Positions 9,733 to 19,887 of a stretch of 64,000 bases of DNA are shown piece after piece (position 1 is the first letter of the stretch; the number at the start of each line of letters is the position of its first letter). The stretch is from Patescibacteria group bacterium (GTDB lineage: Bacteria > Patescibacteriota > Doudnabacteria > UBA920 > O2-02-FULL-48-8). Both the position numbers and the translations under genes were made by a program. Under the pieces are notes generated by a model. That model was given only the letters and a program-made list of their open reading frames with translations. It was not told where the DNA came from and did not search any database. The stretch lies in assembly GCA_036278915.1 (NCBI GenBank), contig DASUKB010000004.1:9441-73440 (forward strand), written 5' to 3'.

Positions 9733-10854
9733 TTATTTAAGACTCTCCAAAACAGCCAGGGTCTGTGCCGCAGTCCGTTCCCAGGTGAATTGTTTGGCGC
9801 GCGCAATCCCGTTTTTACCGAGTTCCGCCTGAAGACTTTTATCGGATAAGACCTTAAGTATGCCCTCGGCAATTTTCTCCGCGGAATTTGGATCCACGAG
9901 CACGCCTGCATCCCCCACCACTTCAGGCAATGATGAGATATTCGAAACCACAACTGGTGTGCCGCAGGCCATAGCTTCCAAAGGAGGAAGCCCAAACCCT
10001 TCGTATAATGCCGGCAAAGTTAAAAGCACTGCTCCATTATACAACGCCTGTTTGTCTTGTTCATCCACGTAACCCAAATGCACAACGCTCCCAGAAATCC
10101 GGGACTGGTTCAGTTTGCTTTCAATTGGTTCCCAAAGCCAGCCGCGGCCACCTGCTATCACGAGCTTTTCTTCAATGTGATACTGCTGGCGAAGCGTAAT
10201 GTATGCATCGACCAGGCGCGAAATATTTTTGCGCGGCTGGAGCGTACCCAAAAATAAAATATATTTTTTGTAACTCAAATTATATTTATCCAAAACTTTT
10301 TGAGTCTGCTCATACGGCAATGGCGCAAATTTAGAGTCCACGCCCAGGTGGACCACGGAAATTTTGTCAGGCGAAAGCTTGTAAGTTTTAACCAAATCGC
10401 TTTTGGTGGATTCCGAGACGGCTATAATTTTGCGCGCGGCGCGCACGCCAAACCTCGTGGTCAATTTAAGATAGAAGCGCATAAATCTTGGAAACGCGTC
10501 CGGAAAAAATTCATAGGCAATGTCGTGGACCACAATCACGGATTTGCGCGGATGCACAAACGGCAAGGCTTGGATTGGCAAGAAAAACACATCCACAGGA
10601 TGCAGCAGTAGTTCCAGCGCTAGGCGAGTCTGGGTCCAAAATTTCGGGAACGGAATCACACGCCGGACAAAATTTGCGGGCAAACTCTTAAACTGTTCCA
10701 TAGGCTGTGTGCGAAAATAAAGCAGGTATTGGTTCTCAGTATCGAGTTTCGACAAATTCGCAATCAGTTCTGAGGCAAAGCGCTCCACGCCTGTCGGGTT
10801 CGGCAAATTCGCGCGCTCGGCTTCCATTCCGATTTTCAAAGGTTTTCCAGTCAT
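9733..10854 (-). CDS. Glycosyltransferase family 4 (GT-B)
   Basis: [29 protein letters not shown]. Confidence 0.93.
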   Translation of the reverse strand: MTGKPLKIGMEAERANLPNPTGVERFASELIANLSKLDTENQYLLYFRTQPMEQFKSLPANFVRRVIPFPKFWTQTRLALELLLHPVDVFFLPIQALPFVHPRKSVIVVHDIAYEFFPDAFPRFMRFYLKLTTRFGVRAARKIIAVSESTKSDLVKTYKLSPDKISVVHLGVDSKFAPLPYEQTQKVLDKYNLSYKKYILFLGTLQPRKNISRLVDAYITLRQQYHIEEKLVIAGGRGWLWEPIESKLNQSRISGSVVHLGYVDEQDKQALYNGAVLLTLPALYEGFGLPPLEAMACGTPVVVSNISSLPEVVGDAGVLVDPNSAEKIAEGILKVLSDKSLQAELGKNGIARAKQFTWERTAAQTLAVLESLK

Positions 10855-10883
10855 TAGGAATTAGTAATTAAAAATTAGAAATT

Positions 10884-12326
10884 TTACAGAATATCTCTTT
10901 CTACCGGAGCAGGGTTGATGCGCAACCCGCCCAAGAGGAGCTGTTTGTCTTCAGCGCGGAAAAATTTCATCGCGGCAAGCAGCGCCAAATAAATTATTCC
11001 ACCAGCGCCAATAAGCAGCCAGAGGTTCTGATGGATCAAAAGCTTCACCGCAAACGCCATAACGAGCGCCGCAATCGCAGGCCTGACAAAATTGCCGACA
11101 AATTTAAATGCCATAACGCGCCGGTGCACTACATAAGTATATCCAATCCACTGCACGCACTCGGAAGCAAGCGTCATAAATGCTGCGGCCACAAACCCGT
11201 ACCGCGGGATGAGAATTAAATTGAGAATGAGATTGAAAAACAAATTACAGCCGGTGATTATAACTGCGGCGCGTGTCTTCTGCGAAATTATGAGGGCGTT
11301 GACCGGGCTGTAGATAAACAGCACAGAGACCGCGGCCACCAGTACCCAGAGCGCTCGCGAAGCCGGCGCGAATGCCGGACCGAAAAAAGCCACAGTCAGC
11401 CGGTCGGATAAAACGTAAGCCCCGAATGTCAGCGGCAATGCCAGCGCTACCATATACCTGGTGTAGGCTTCCAACCCCCTTTTAACATCCGCCAAAAGGC
11501 CCTTCGTCATCGAATCGGCAAAAAACGGATACAAACTTGCCGAGACCACGGCCGGCAAAAACGCCAGCGTGTCCCAAAATTTATAGACTGCCGTGTAGTA
11601 GCCATTTTCCGTAAACGAACGCAGGTGAGGCAAGATGAGCGTGTCGATGCGATTGTAGATGGAAAAAAACGTCAGGAGCGTAAAGGGCAAATTGAGCGCA
11701 AACAGGGTTTTCCAGAATGGAAAATCAAAATGCAAACGGAACCGGGCAAAACCTTTCTCCACAATCCGCCAGTAGACTATAAAATCAAACGCGCCGACAA
11801 TTAAATTTACAAACGACAGGAAGAAAATATCTTTATGGAAAAAAATCGTCAGGCCCATCATTCCGGCATTGATTACGGAATTGGCAAAGTTGATTTTGGC
11901 CACGATGCCAAGCCTCTGGAATGCGTTAATGATAGACATAAACGGCATAGACAGCGAAGTCACCAGAAGACTTAGAGCCGTGACATACAACGAGTGTTTA
12001 ACTATCGGCGGATAATTGGAAAACAAAACGATGGCATCCATAAGCAGCATAAAACCCAAACCCAGGAGGAATTGAATGCCAAAATAATTCGCCAAGTACT
12101 TACCGGCCTCATTGCGGTTTTCGCTGACGCGTTTGATGACCAGCTGCTGCATTCCCAAATCAACAAAGAAATTGAATACGGTCAAAAATGCGACTATGAG
12201 CCCATACTGCCCTGCGACATTCGGGCCGAAGTACTGGATGAGGCGCGTGTAAATTAAAAACAGGATGATGCCTGCGATCACCCTCGAAAACAAAAGGCTC
12301 AAGATATTCCTGCCAATTTGCTGCAT
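10884..12326 (-). CDS. wzx: Polysaccharide flippase
   Basis: Multi-TM MOP family; DLGM, IYNRID, GYYTA, LIPRYGFVAAA. Confidence 0.88.
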   Translation of the reverse strand: MQQIGRNILSLLFSRVIAGIILFLIYTRLIQYFGPNVAGQYGLIVAFLTVFNFFVDLGMQQLVIKRVSENRNEAGKYLANYFGIQFLLGLGFMLLMDAIVLFSNYPPIVKHSLYVTALSLLVTSLSMPFMSIINAFQRLGIVAKINFANSVINAGMMGLTIFFHKDIFFLSFVNLIVGAFDFIVYWRIVEKGFARFRLHFDFPFWKTLFALNLPFTLLTFFSIYNRIDTLILPHLRSFTENGYYTAVYKFWDTLAFLPAVVSASLYPFFADSMTKGLLADVKRGLEAYTRYMVALALPLTFGAYVLSDRLTVAFFGPAFAPASRALWVLVAAVSVLFIYSPVNALIISQKTRAAVIITGCNLFFNLILNLILIPRYGFVAAAFMTLASECVQWIGYTYVVHRRVMAFKFVGNFVRPAIAALVMAFAVKLLIHQNLWLLIGAGGIIYLALLAAMKFFRAEDKQLLLGGLRINPAPVERDIL

Positions 12327-12422
12327 ATGTAAGGTTTGCGGTAATTATAGCAAATTAAACGATTTGCCGGTACCGGCCGTCTATAATTGCTTCTGTTATT
12401 TTTTTGCTGTAAAATTCAATTT

Positions 12423-13019
12423 ATGCTTTTCAATCTGGCTAATTTAGTCCCCTGGTTCATCCAATATAAATATTGGGTAATCTTTCCCATCGCTGTGGTG
12501 GAGGGGCCGATTATTACAATCATTGCTGGATTCCTGGCCTCACTTGGCTATCTGAGTCTCTTGGGAGGATTCCTAACCGTGGTTCTTGGGGATTTAGTTG
12601 GTGACATCGCCACATACTGGGTCGGGCGGCTCGGCCGCGAACGGTTCGTGCGCAAATACGGCCATTGGATCGGACTCGACTGGCCGCGCGTGGAGAAAAT
12701 GGAAAAATATTTTGAGAACCACACCAACAGCACATTTATTTTTGGCAAATTTGTGCACGGCACCGGCTATTTAATGTGGTTTGCCACGGGCATTGCCAAA
12801 GTGCCGTTCGGCAAGTTCGTTTCCATAAACATTGTGACCACGGCCATCAAATCAGGCATTCTTATCCTCATCGGCTACTACTTCGGCCAGGCATATTCAA
12901 CTTTCAATACCTATTTAAGCAATATCGCGCTCATTTTGTTTATCGGGTTTATTATTCTTTATCTTATTGCCATCAAAACTTCACTTCTCGACAAATTCTG
13001 GCAAAAATTGGAAGAATAA
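12423..13019 (+). CDS. DedA family membrane protein
   Basis: EGP, GDLVGD..YWVGR, GKF motifs; ATG 12423 lies 7 nt after TAAAAT. Confidence 0.88.
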   Translation: MLFNLANLVPWFIQYKYWVIFPIAVVEGPIITIIAGFLASLGYLSLLGGFLTVVLGDLVGDIATYWVGRLGRERFVRKYGHWIGLDWPRVEKMEKYFENHTNSTFIFGKFVHGTGYLMWFATGIAKVPFGKFVSINIVTTAIKSGILILIGYYFGQAYSTFNTYLSNIALILFIGFIILYLIAIKTSLLDKFWQKLEE

Positions 13020-13108
13020 ATAACTCATTAATTAAGAAAAAGCACGGACTCAAAGATGTTCGTGTTTTACTTTTGATTAACCTTAGCTCCTGAATATTTC
13101 TCTATAAT

Positions 13109-13465
13109 CTACCTCAGTATATCTTTAATTGTCGTAAGGTTCATAGTTAAAAATAAAATTAAAGATAAGGGAATCGGCAAAATCGCGTAGAGGAGTCGAT
13201 TTGTAATCTTATTAAACTTATCGAATGGCAGCAAGATTAAAGCCTCAATGATTGCGCCCACAAGAATTATCCATATCCTCGGAATAAATTCAACCACAGT
13301 GGCAACGCTACTGATTCCTAACAAATAGCCTAACCCTGGGCAATTCAGGTTACTGGCTACACACTGACGATAATAATCTTGGCCTACCAGTATCAACCAA
13401 AAGATGATCAGATAAACAATACAGATCAAAAAAATTACAACAAAATTTTTTATAAACCGTTTCAA
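13109..13465 (-). CDS. Hypothetical membrane protein
   Basis: 118 aa with 3-4 hydrophobic segments; AT-rich. Confidence 0.6.
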   Translation of the reverse strand: MKRFIKNFVVIFLICIVYLIIFWLILVGQDYYRQCVASNLNCPGLGYLLGISSVATVVEFIPRIWIILVGAIIEALILLPFDKFNKITNRLLYAILPIPLSLILFLTMNLTTIKDILR

Positions 13466-13479
13466 ATAGTTGTGTTAAA

Positions 13480-14847
13480 TTAATCCCCATTTAGATCATC
13501 TATATCTTGCTGGTAGGAAGCGGCTTTGGCCACCACGCTGTCGCCGTAAAATCTGTAAGCCGGATTGGTGCCGCCAGAAAAATAAATCATTGCCGCTTTC
13601 CACTCATTGGCCTGGTCTGTGGCGCCGGCCGCTGCCAATTTGAGCCCTGCGGCTATAAACGCATCGCGAATATCCCAGGGGTTGGCGGTCTTGCCCGTCA
13701 GTGCCGCGATCTTGTCTTTGTACCCCATCCAGGTTGACGGGATAAACTGTGCCGGGCCCATGGCACCGCCCCAGCCGACTTGCTTGCCATTGGTAAACAT
13801 CGGACAAGATACCGGAGTTGTGTCAGGGTCCAGCCCCAGCTCTGACGTGATTTGTAAAAATGGCTGAATATCGCGAGTCGGTTTCATAATGACCTTGTAG
13901 CTTTTGCTGGGCGGATCTCCGGCGCGGTTGCAAGTGCCCACATTTTTGCCCAAGTTGGATTCTTGCGAAAGAATTGCCAAAAGAAATGCGGCGCGCACGC
14001 CGGTCATGCTCGATACCGATTGTGCTATAGCCACGGCTTGGCCGAATGTCACCTGCTGGCCCGGACCCACGCCGAACAAATCATAAAGTCTGTTTTGGAT
14101 TTGCGCAGCCTGGGCTTTTTTATCATTAAGCGAGGCTTGATAATTCGCCTCCACGCCTTTGGTTTGCGCAAGCAGGGTGCTTTGGCCATTAATGTTTTCA
14201 GCCAGCTGCTGGTTTTGCAAACTCTGAATGGACAAAAAATCCTGTTGCGACTGTTGCTGGTCGGTCAGTTCGTCCTGTTCGGCCTTAAGCGCAATGCTTT
14301 CCGTATCGAGCTGGTCTAAAAGCGCTTTGAGGTTATTGTTGATCTGCTCGTACGCGTCCTGTTCGGCGTAGAATCCAATAAGGCCACCTTCGTTGAGCAG
14401 CATTTCCACGGAAGACTGCTGATCTTTTTCATAAATGGATGGGATAAGATCCCCGATTTCGCCGCGCAGAGTCACGATGTGCTGTTGTTTGTCCGCGATT
14501 TCGTCAGTGGTTTGAGTAAGTTGTTGGGAAATATTTTGTAGGTTTAAATTCGTTTCCTGAATTTGCGCATTGATTTTATTCTTTTGCAATTGCAGTTGTC
14601 TAATTTTATTGTTGAGCGTATTGGACTGCGATTGCGTTGCGGAAAGCTGCTGCTCGTATTGGGCAATCTCTGCCTGCACTTGTGCCAACTCCTGTTCGAG
14701 CTTAGTTTTTTCGATCGGATCGGGGCTGCTCTGTGCCAACTGCAATGGTTCAGCAAAAGTGAATTGGACAGGTACAAACAATGCCAAAATCGCCAATAAA
14801 CTTACGAATACGGGTGTTTGTTTCAGTAATTTCTTGATTTTACTCAT
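13480..14847 (-). CDS. Coiled-coil lytic murein transglycosylase (SLT_2/MltB-like)
   Basis: Signal peptide, long Q/E-rich coiled coil, catalytic QES, GAMGPAQFIPSTW. Confidence 0.88.
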   Translation of the reverse strand: MSKIKKLLKQTPVFVSLLAILALFVPVQFTFAEPLQLAQSSPDPIEKTKLEQELAQVQAEIAQYEQQLSATQSQSNTLNNKIRQLQLQKNKINAQIQETNLNLQNISQQLTQTTDEIADKQQHIVTLRGEIGDLIPSIYEKDQQSSVEMLLNEGGLIGFYAEQDAYEQINNNLKALLDQLDTESIALKAEQDELTDQQQSQQDFLSIQSLQNQQLAENINGQSTLLAQTKGVEANYQASLNDKKAQAAQIQNRLYDLFGVGPGQQVTFGQAVAIAQSVSSMTGVRAAFLLAILSQESNLGKNVGTCNRAGDPPSKSYKVIMKPTRDIQPFLQITSELGLDPDTTPVSCPMFTNGKQVGWGGAMGPAQFIPSTWMGYKDKIAALTGKTANPWDIRDAFIAAGLKLAAAGATDQANEWKAAMIYFSGGTNPAYRFYGDSVVAKAASYQQDIDDLNGD

Positions 14848-14872
14848 CCAAAATATTATACCACGAACCGCT

Positions 14873-16015
14873 CTATTTCTTCAAATATTTTTTACCTTTA
14901 AGTTTCTCGGGTAAAAGATCTTCTTTGGGATACAATTCATAACCTTTGTGGTAGCCAAGTTCTTTCATCAACTTTGTAGGCGCGTTGCGGATCATCATCG
15001 GGATTGGAAGATTGCCCGTTTCTTTGACATCGTCCATGGCCTCAAAATACGCGTTGTATGACTCGCGGCTTTTCTGCGCCAAAGCAAGATACGCTACTCC
15101 GTGTGCCAAATTTATGGCGCATTCCGGGTACCCGATAGTCTCACACGCTCTGAAAACATCGTTCGCCAGCTGCAAGGCCACAGGATCTGCCAAACCGACA
15201 TCTTCTGAGGCAAACACCACCATGCGCCTGGCTATGAATTTCGGATCCTCGCCTGACTCCACCATGCGCGCCAAATAATAGAGTGCCGCGTCAGGCTTTG
15301 ATGCGCGCATCGATTTGATAAACGCGGAAATTGTATTGTAGTGCTCCTCGCTTTTTTTATCATAGCGCAGTTGCTTGCTCTGCAAAGTTTTTTTGAGAGT
15401 ATCCAAATTTATCTCATGATAAAACTTGGAGGTATTTTCAAGCATGGTAATTGCCTGGCGCGCATCGCCATTTGCCATACGCACAAGCCAATCCTTTGCG
15501 TCATTATCCAGTTGGTATCCGGTGCGGGTAATTATGTTCAGCATCTCGGCATCGCTGAATTCGTTCAGCACAAATACCCGACAGCGCGACAAAAGCGCAG
15601 GGATAACCTCGAAGCTCGGGTTCTCGGTTGTGGCGCCTATGAGGGTCAACTCGCCGGACTCTACATACGGCAGCAAATAATCCTGCTGGGCTTTGTTGAA
15701 TCTGTGAATTTCATCCAAAAATAAAATTTTCGGCTTGCTGCCCGATAAAAGATCTGGTTCCTTTTGCAAAATCTGACGGATGTCATCTTTGCCCGCGGAC
15801 ACAGCGGAAAGTTCGTGGTAATCCGCGTCCAAACTGTGCGCGTAAATCCGGGCAAGAGTCGTTTTGCCAGTGCCCGGCGGCCCCCACAAAATAAAACTAA
15901 AAAGCTGCCGGGTGCGCACGGCTATACCCAGAGGTTTGTCGGAAGCTACCAAATGCTCCTGTCCGATAAATTCATCCAGGGATTTGGGCCTAATTTTTGC
16001 GGCTAAAGGTTCCAT
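14873..16015 (-). CDS. rarA: Replication-associated recombination protein A (MgsA/RarA)
   Basis: PLAAKIRP, GPPGTGKT, DEIHRFNKAQQD, ATTENPSF, SAFIKSMR, SEDVG. Confidence 0.95.
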   Translation of the reverse strand: MEPLAAKIRPKSLDEFIGQEHLVASDKPLGIAVRTRQLFSFILWGPPGTGKTTLARIYAHSLDADYHELSAVSAGKDDIRQILQKEPDLLSGSKPKILFLDEIHRFNKAQQDYLLPYVESGELTLIGATTENPSFEVIPALLSRCRVFVLNEFSDAEMLNIITRTGYQLDNDAKDWLVRMANGDARQAITMLENTSKFYHEINLDTLKKTLQSKQLRYDKKSEEHYNTISAFIKSMRASKPDAALYYLARMVESGEDPKFIARRMVVFASEDVGLADPVALQLANDVFRACETIGYPECAINLAHGVAYLALAQKSRESYNAYFEAMDDVKETGNLPIPMMIRNAPTKLMKELGYHKGYELYPKEDLLPEKLKGKKYLKK

Positions 16016-16122
16016 AGGTCTCAAAAAGAGCGACAGAAGCCGCTCTTTATCTTGTCCATCAAAGGACTATGTGGTTGTTGGAAACATTATACACCCAATA
16101 CTCTGGGTTATGCAAGCAATAT

Positions 16123-16665
16123 CTAAGGCTGGACTACAAACCAGACGCCACCGACGTTTTGGCCATTGGTATCACCAGCTTTGGTGTCTCCGTGCCAGAA
16201 ATACAGCGGTTGATTGTCGTAAGTTAATTGCGCAGTACCATCAGCGCGAGTAATAGTTCCTAATTTGCCAGTAATGTCGGCTGCGGCTGTGAGGCTTGAA
16301 GCGGCAGTCACAGTGTATGGCGGCCAGTTGGTGGCGCAAGTGCCAGAACAGTTGCTTACGCCCGGAGTATCATTCGTATAGCGATAAAGCGTCATGCCGT
16401 TTGTCGCTGTGAGAAAATTCCCGAGCGTTGCGTTGCTGGATGTAGCCAAAACCGCGCTAGAGGTTGGCGGGGGCGGAGTCGTATTGTCCGTCGAGGTGCT
16501 GTTTGAATTGTCGGTGCTGGAATTCGCACTTGTGCCAGTGTCATTTGTGGCCGGCGGATTGGTATTCTGATTGGTATTATTATTGCCTCGCTTAGCAAAC
16601 GCGTACACACCGAGGAAAATAATTATGATGACCACGATAATTGTAACAATTGTTGATTTTCTCAT
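16123..16665 (-). CDS. Secreted Y-X4-D repeat protein (Lipoprotein_15/COG4315-like)
   Basis: GMTLYRYTND, C...C...WPP, QLTYDNQPLY, GDTNGQ..GGVW. Confidence 0.85.
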   Translation of the reverse strand: MRKSTIVTIIVVIIIIFLGVYAFAKRGNNNTNQNTNPPATNDTGTSANSSTDNSNSTSTDNTTPPPPTSSAVLATSSNATLGNFLTATNGMTLYRYTNDTPGVSNCSGTCATNWPPYTVTAASSLTAAADITGKLGTITRADGTAQLTYDNQPLYFWHGDTKAGDTNGQNVGGVWFVVQP

Positions 16666-16788
16666 ATAAGTTAATTAATGGTTAAAACCCATTCACCCCT
16701 GATTTACACCTTTCTTATTAATGCTTAGGCTTGCATTATAGTTTGCGCCTTATTTTTTGGCTATAGTACTTCCGGTCAAAAAATGAGT

Positions 16789-17394
16789 TTAAACTAGATT
16801 TTTAATGTCTTCTATGATTTCCGGAAATTGCTTTTGGTTGAAATGGCCGCGATCTTCAAAGGTCCGAAGCAACGCTTGGGGCAGCTGGTCGGAATATTTT
16901 TCATGCTGGTCAAAGTCAACAATTGGGTCATTCGTACTGTAATAAAGGTAAATTTTGCCTGCTGGCAGGTTTAATTGGCTTGGCAATTCAAAGGTATGCA
17001 GAGAATTTCCATCGGAGTCCGCGTCTGCCGGCGCTGCTACCAAAGCCAGCGCTTTGATTTTTTTGGGAAATTGGTTTTCCGTAAGATATTTGGCCAGGAA
17101 TGCTCCGCCCATTGAATGGCCGATCAAAATAATGTCATCGCGTAGAAACGGAAATAATTTTTCAAACCACAGTTTCCATTCGGTAAACCGCGCGTTGAAC
17201 TTATTCGGCATGCTCGGCAGGATGACCTCGTAATCCGCTCCGAGATCGCGGCGCAAGTTGCGCTTCCAGTCAGTTTTGTCAGAAGTCAGGCGGGCGTAAT
17301 CAAGCTCTATGTCTTGCAGAAATTGAATATACTTATCGTAATCCGTATCCGCAAACGTATCACCGCCATGAATAACCAAAATTTGCTGCTTCAT
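16789..17394 (-). CDS. YdeN/RBBP9-like alpha/beta hydrolase
   Basis: IHGG, GHSMGG nucleophile, STNDP, RGHF. Confidence 0.88.
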   Translation of the reverse strand: MKQQILVIHGGDTFADTDYDKYIQFLQDIELDYARLTSDKTDWKRNLRRDLGADYEVILPSMPNKFNARFTEWKLWFEKLFPFLRDDIILIGHSMGGAFLAKYLTENQFPKKIKALALVAAPADADSDGNSLHTFELPSQLNLPAGKIYLYYSTNDPIVDFDQHEKYSDQLPQALLRTFEDRGHFNQKQFPEIIEDIKNLV

Positions 17395-17789
17395 AATTTA
17401 TAATAATCTTCCTTAACTTCCTCAGGTTCTTCCAGTGTATTGTAATCAATCGTAATTTCTTCGCCTGCTTTAATGTCTTGCAGCGCAAACCATTTATAAT
17501 CTGCATTGCGAACTGCGTTTGGATTTTGAGAATGGTTTAAATACCACCCTATCGACATCTGCGAAAAATCGGGCGGGCAAATCAGTTTATCTCCCCAATC
17601 CAAGCAATACCCTCGAAACTGGTCTGGCACACTGGCCTTATCGCGGGCAAGTGATTCGGCAGACAAACCTTCTTCATTTTCGAACATCCGCAATTGAGTT
17701 CCTTTGGCGATATCGTGTACGGCAAAAACTCCAATTCCATATTTGGCGGGTTTTAATAAAAAAGAAAATTCATTGGTCTCGCTTGCCAT
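17391..17789 (-). CDS. SET-domain protein-lysine methyltransferase
   Basis: GIGVFA, YLNHSQNPN, GEEITIDY. Confidence 0.9.
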   Translation of the reverse strand: MASETNEFSFLLKPAKYGIGVFAVHDIAKGTQLRMFENEEGLSAESLARDKASVPDQFRGYCLDWGDKLICPPDFSQMSIGWYLNHSQNPNAVRNADYKWFALQDIKAGEEITIDYNTLEEPEEVKEDYYKL

Positions 17790-17802
17790 ATAACAATAAT
17801 AT

Positions 17803-17825
17803 CAAAAAACCGCCATTTAGGCGAT
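17803..17825. repeat. Copy 1 of a 23-bp divergent-promoter motif (copy 2 at 19308-19330)
   Basis: CAAAAAACCGCCATTTAGGCGAT versus CAAAAAACCGCCCCTTAGGCGAT, 21/23 identical. Confidence 0.8.
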
Positions 17826-17922
17826 CTTGTAAGATTCCGGAACCTTGTCCTGCCATTGACGCCGATTGCAAACCTCTGGTATATTGATTGGCTCACTAAA
17901 GAGCGCGTAAGGAGGAAATGCC

Positions 17923-18714
17923 ATGAAGTGGCCGGCACAACTTGTGCTCATAAGGCATGCGCAATCCGAGTATAACGTCTTACGGCAAAAAAAAGCGCAG
18001 GACCCGACGTACAAGGAATTCGTGGAAAAGTTCGACAAGGGCGAAGACGGACTTGAAATGAGAAACTTGGCGCTTAAGGTCCAGGGTGACTTCGCTTTGA
18101 GATGCAGCGACCGCGGTACACCAATTACACAAGAAGGTTGTTCGCAAGCATCGAGAACAGCGGCGGGAATGAAGGAAGCTCTGAAGTTATGCCACATCAG
18201 TCTACCGGACGTAATCTACGTGTCTCCGTACTTGCGTGCACGGCAGACGTACGAAATCTTCCTCGCCGAAATCCCGCCTCTTAACCATATACCTATGTAC
18301 GAGGAGGAGCGTATCCGCGAGCAAGACCACGGGCTCTCGCTTCTCTACAATGACTGGCGGGTGTTCCATACGATCCACTCGGAGCAGCGAAAGCTGTATA
18401 ACCTGCTCGGACCATACGACTACCGCTACCCCAACGGTGAAAACGTACCGGATGTGCGCATGCGTGTCCGCGACTGGCGCGCTACGCTCATTCGTGAATT
18501 CCGAGGCAAGGACGTGTGGGCTTTCACCCACCACCTAACCATTCTCGGATTTCTGGCCGACCAGGAACGCTGGCCTGTCCAAAAGTTCTGCGAAATGGAT
18601 TCTGGAAAGAACAAGCCCAGGAATTGCAGCATAACCCTGCTTGAGGCTGCAGACGGCGGACGCGCAGGGCAAGGACAACTCCTGCGCAAATTCTACAATC
18701 AAATCTGGTACTAA
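17923..18714 (+). CDS. Histidine phosphatase (phosphoglycerate mutase family)
   Basis: LIRHAQS, SPYLRARQT, REQDHG, PNGE, FTHH; AGGAGG RBS. Confidence 0.9.
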   Translation: MKWPAQLVLIRHAQSEYNVLRQKKAQDPTYKEFVEKFDKGEDGLEMRNLALKVQGDFALRCSDRGTPITQEGCSQASRTAAGMKEALKLCHISLPDVIYVSPYLRARQTYEIFLAEIPPLNHIPMYEEERIREQDHGLSLLYNDWRVFHTIHSEQRKLYNLLGPYDYRYPNGENVPDVRMRVRDWRATLIREFRGKDVWAFTHHLTILGFLADQERWPVQKFCEMDSGKNKPRNCSITLLEAADGGRAGQGQLLRKFYNQIWY

Positions 18715-18719
18715 GAACA

Positions 18720-18758
18720 CGGCTGGCGTCTCTTTCCCGAGACCCCAGCCGATTTTTT
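18720..18758 (+). terminator. Terminator, paralogous to 19776-19817
   Basis: CGGCTGGCGTC...GACCCCAGCCG followed by a T-run. Confidence 0.75.
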
Positions 18759-18808
18759 ATGCCAAAAAAAGCCTACTTGGTCACGCATGACCGTTCGGCT
18801 TGAAGGAT

Positions 18809-19282
18809 TCAAAATAGCCCTTCACGATGCAAAATAGCCTCGCGCTGCCTTGGTGTGAATTGTAGCGTAGAAGATCCGAGCCTTTGGCGCTCGCATTCAA
18901 GATAGACTTCAAGCACGCATTGTTCTATTTGGCGCCGGATGTAGCCCCAGCGCGTTGGATCATCTTTCACCAATCTTTGCATGTTCTCGCGCGCTTTAGC
19001 GCGTCTGGTGTAAGCGCGGCGGGTCAACAAAAATGCCGCGCCAAGCAGAAGAAGACTCCCCACGCTTACATGCCTGTACTGGATAGGAGACAGCATTAGC
19101 GCGCAGAACATAAGCGCAATTGCCACCACCCAATGACTCAAGAACTGATCTAGCGACGCTTTGCCGGCGAGCTTGGTGAGGACACGGACATCGTCCTGCA
19201 TTTCTGTCGGAATCGTCTGCCGGATTCTGTTGCCTATATTATATGTGCGCGCAAATGTTTCGGCGTCAACTCGGCTTGGCAT
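18809..19282 (-). CDS. Hypothetical 2-TM membrane protein
   Basis: 157 aa, AGGAGGAGG RBS, TGGTATACT -10. Confidence 0.65.
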   Translation of the reverse strand: MPSRVDAETFARTYNIGNRIRQTIPTEMQDDVRVLTKLAGKASLDQFLSHWVVAIALMFCALMLSPIQYRHVSVGSLLLLGAAFLLTRRAYTRRAKARENMQRLVKDDPTRWGYIRRQIEQCVLEVYLECERQRLGSSTLQFTPRQREAILHREGLF

Positions 19283-19307
19283 ACCCTCCTCCTTTGCACG
19301 AGTATAC

Positions 19308-19330
19308 CAAAAAACCGCCCCTTAGGCGAT
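19308..19330. repeat. Copy 2 of the 23-bp divergent-promoter motif
   Basis: 21/23 identical to 17803-17825. Confidence 0.8.
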
Positions 19331-19410
19331 AGGTATTGCAAGAGTCGGGCCGATTGTGAGGATTGACCCGACCAAAAATAAATGCTATTATTTGTTGTCC
19401 AGGAGGATTG

Positions 19411-19776
19411 ATGATAACTCGTTCTCAGACGATTTTTGCGCTTCATTGTGCGCTCTTTGTCAGCTTAATCATCACGTGTATCGCGGCTTGTGGGCTGTAC
19501 ACTTTCTATACCGATTTTTATCGGCAGGTGTTCTTCCCAGCTTACGCACTCGTAATGGGTATTATAATGGCTGGCTGGTCGCACAAAATGGGCGGCTGCT
19601 TCCTCACTAAACTTGAGAACAAATACCGCAAGCTGGAGGGCAAAGAGGTTTACGATGAATCGTTCTTGCAACACTATGTGCCATTGGTGTTGGGCAGACC
19701 TGTCAAGAAAACTACGGTTAACGCCGGATTGTTTTCATTGATTTCTGTTCCACTCATCCTCTGGTTAATTACCTAA
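19411..19776 (+). CDS. Membrane protein, DUF2784-like
   Basis: GGCFLTKLENKYR and SFLQHY motifs; TTGACC-17-TATTAT promoter and AGGAGG before ATG 19411. Confidence 0.7.
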   Translation: MITRSQTIFALHCALFVSLIITCIAACGLYTFYTDFYRQVFFPAYALVMGIIMAGWSHKMGGCFLTKLENKYRKLEGKEVYDESFLQHYVPLVLGRPVKKTTVNAGLFSLISVPLILWLIT

Positions 19777-19817
19777 TCGGCCGGCGTCCCAACAACAAGA
19801 CCCAGCCGATTTTTTTT
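19776..19817 (+). terminator. Terminator, paralogous to 18720-18758
   Basis: ATCGGCCGGCGTC...GACCCAGCCGAT followed by a T-run. Confidence 0.7.
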
Positions 19818-19887
19818 ATTTATACCGCCCGGGGTGCGAGCGGTTTCAAAATTTCTCATTACTCTTTACTAATTACTCTTTACTATT

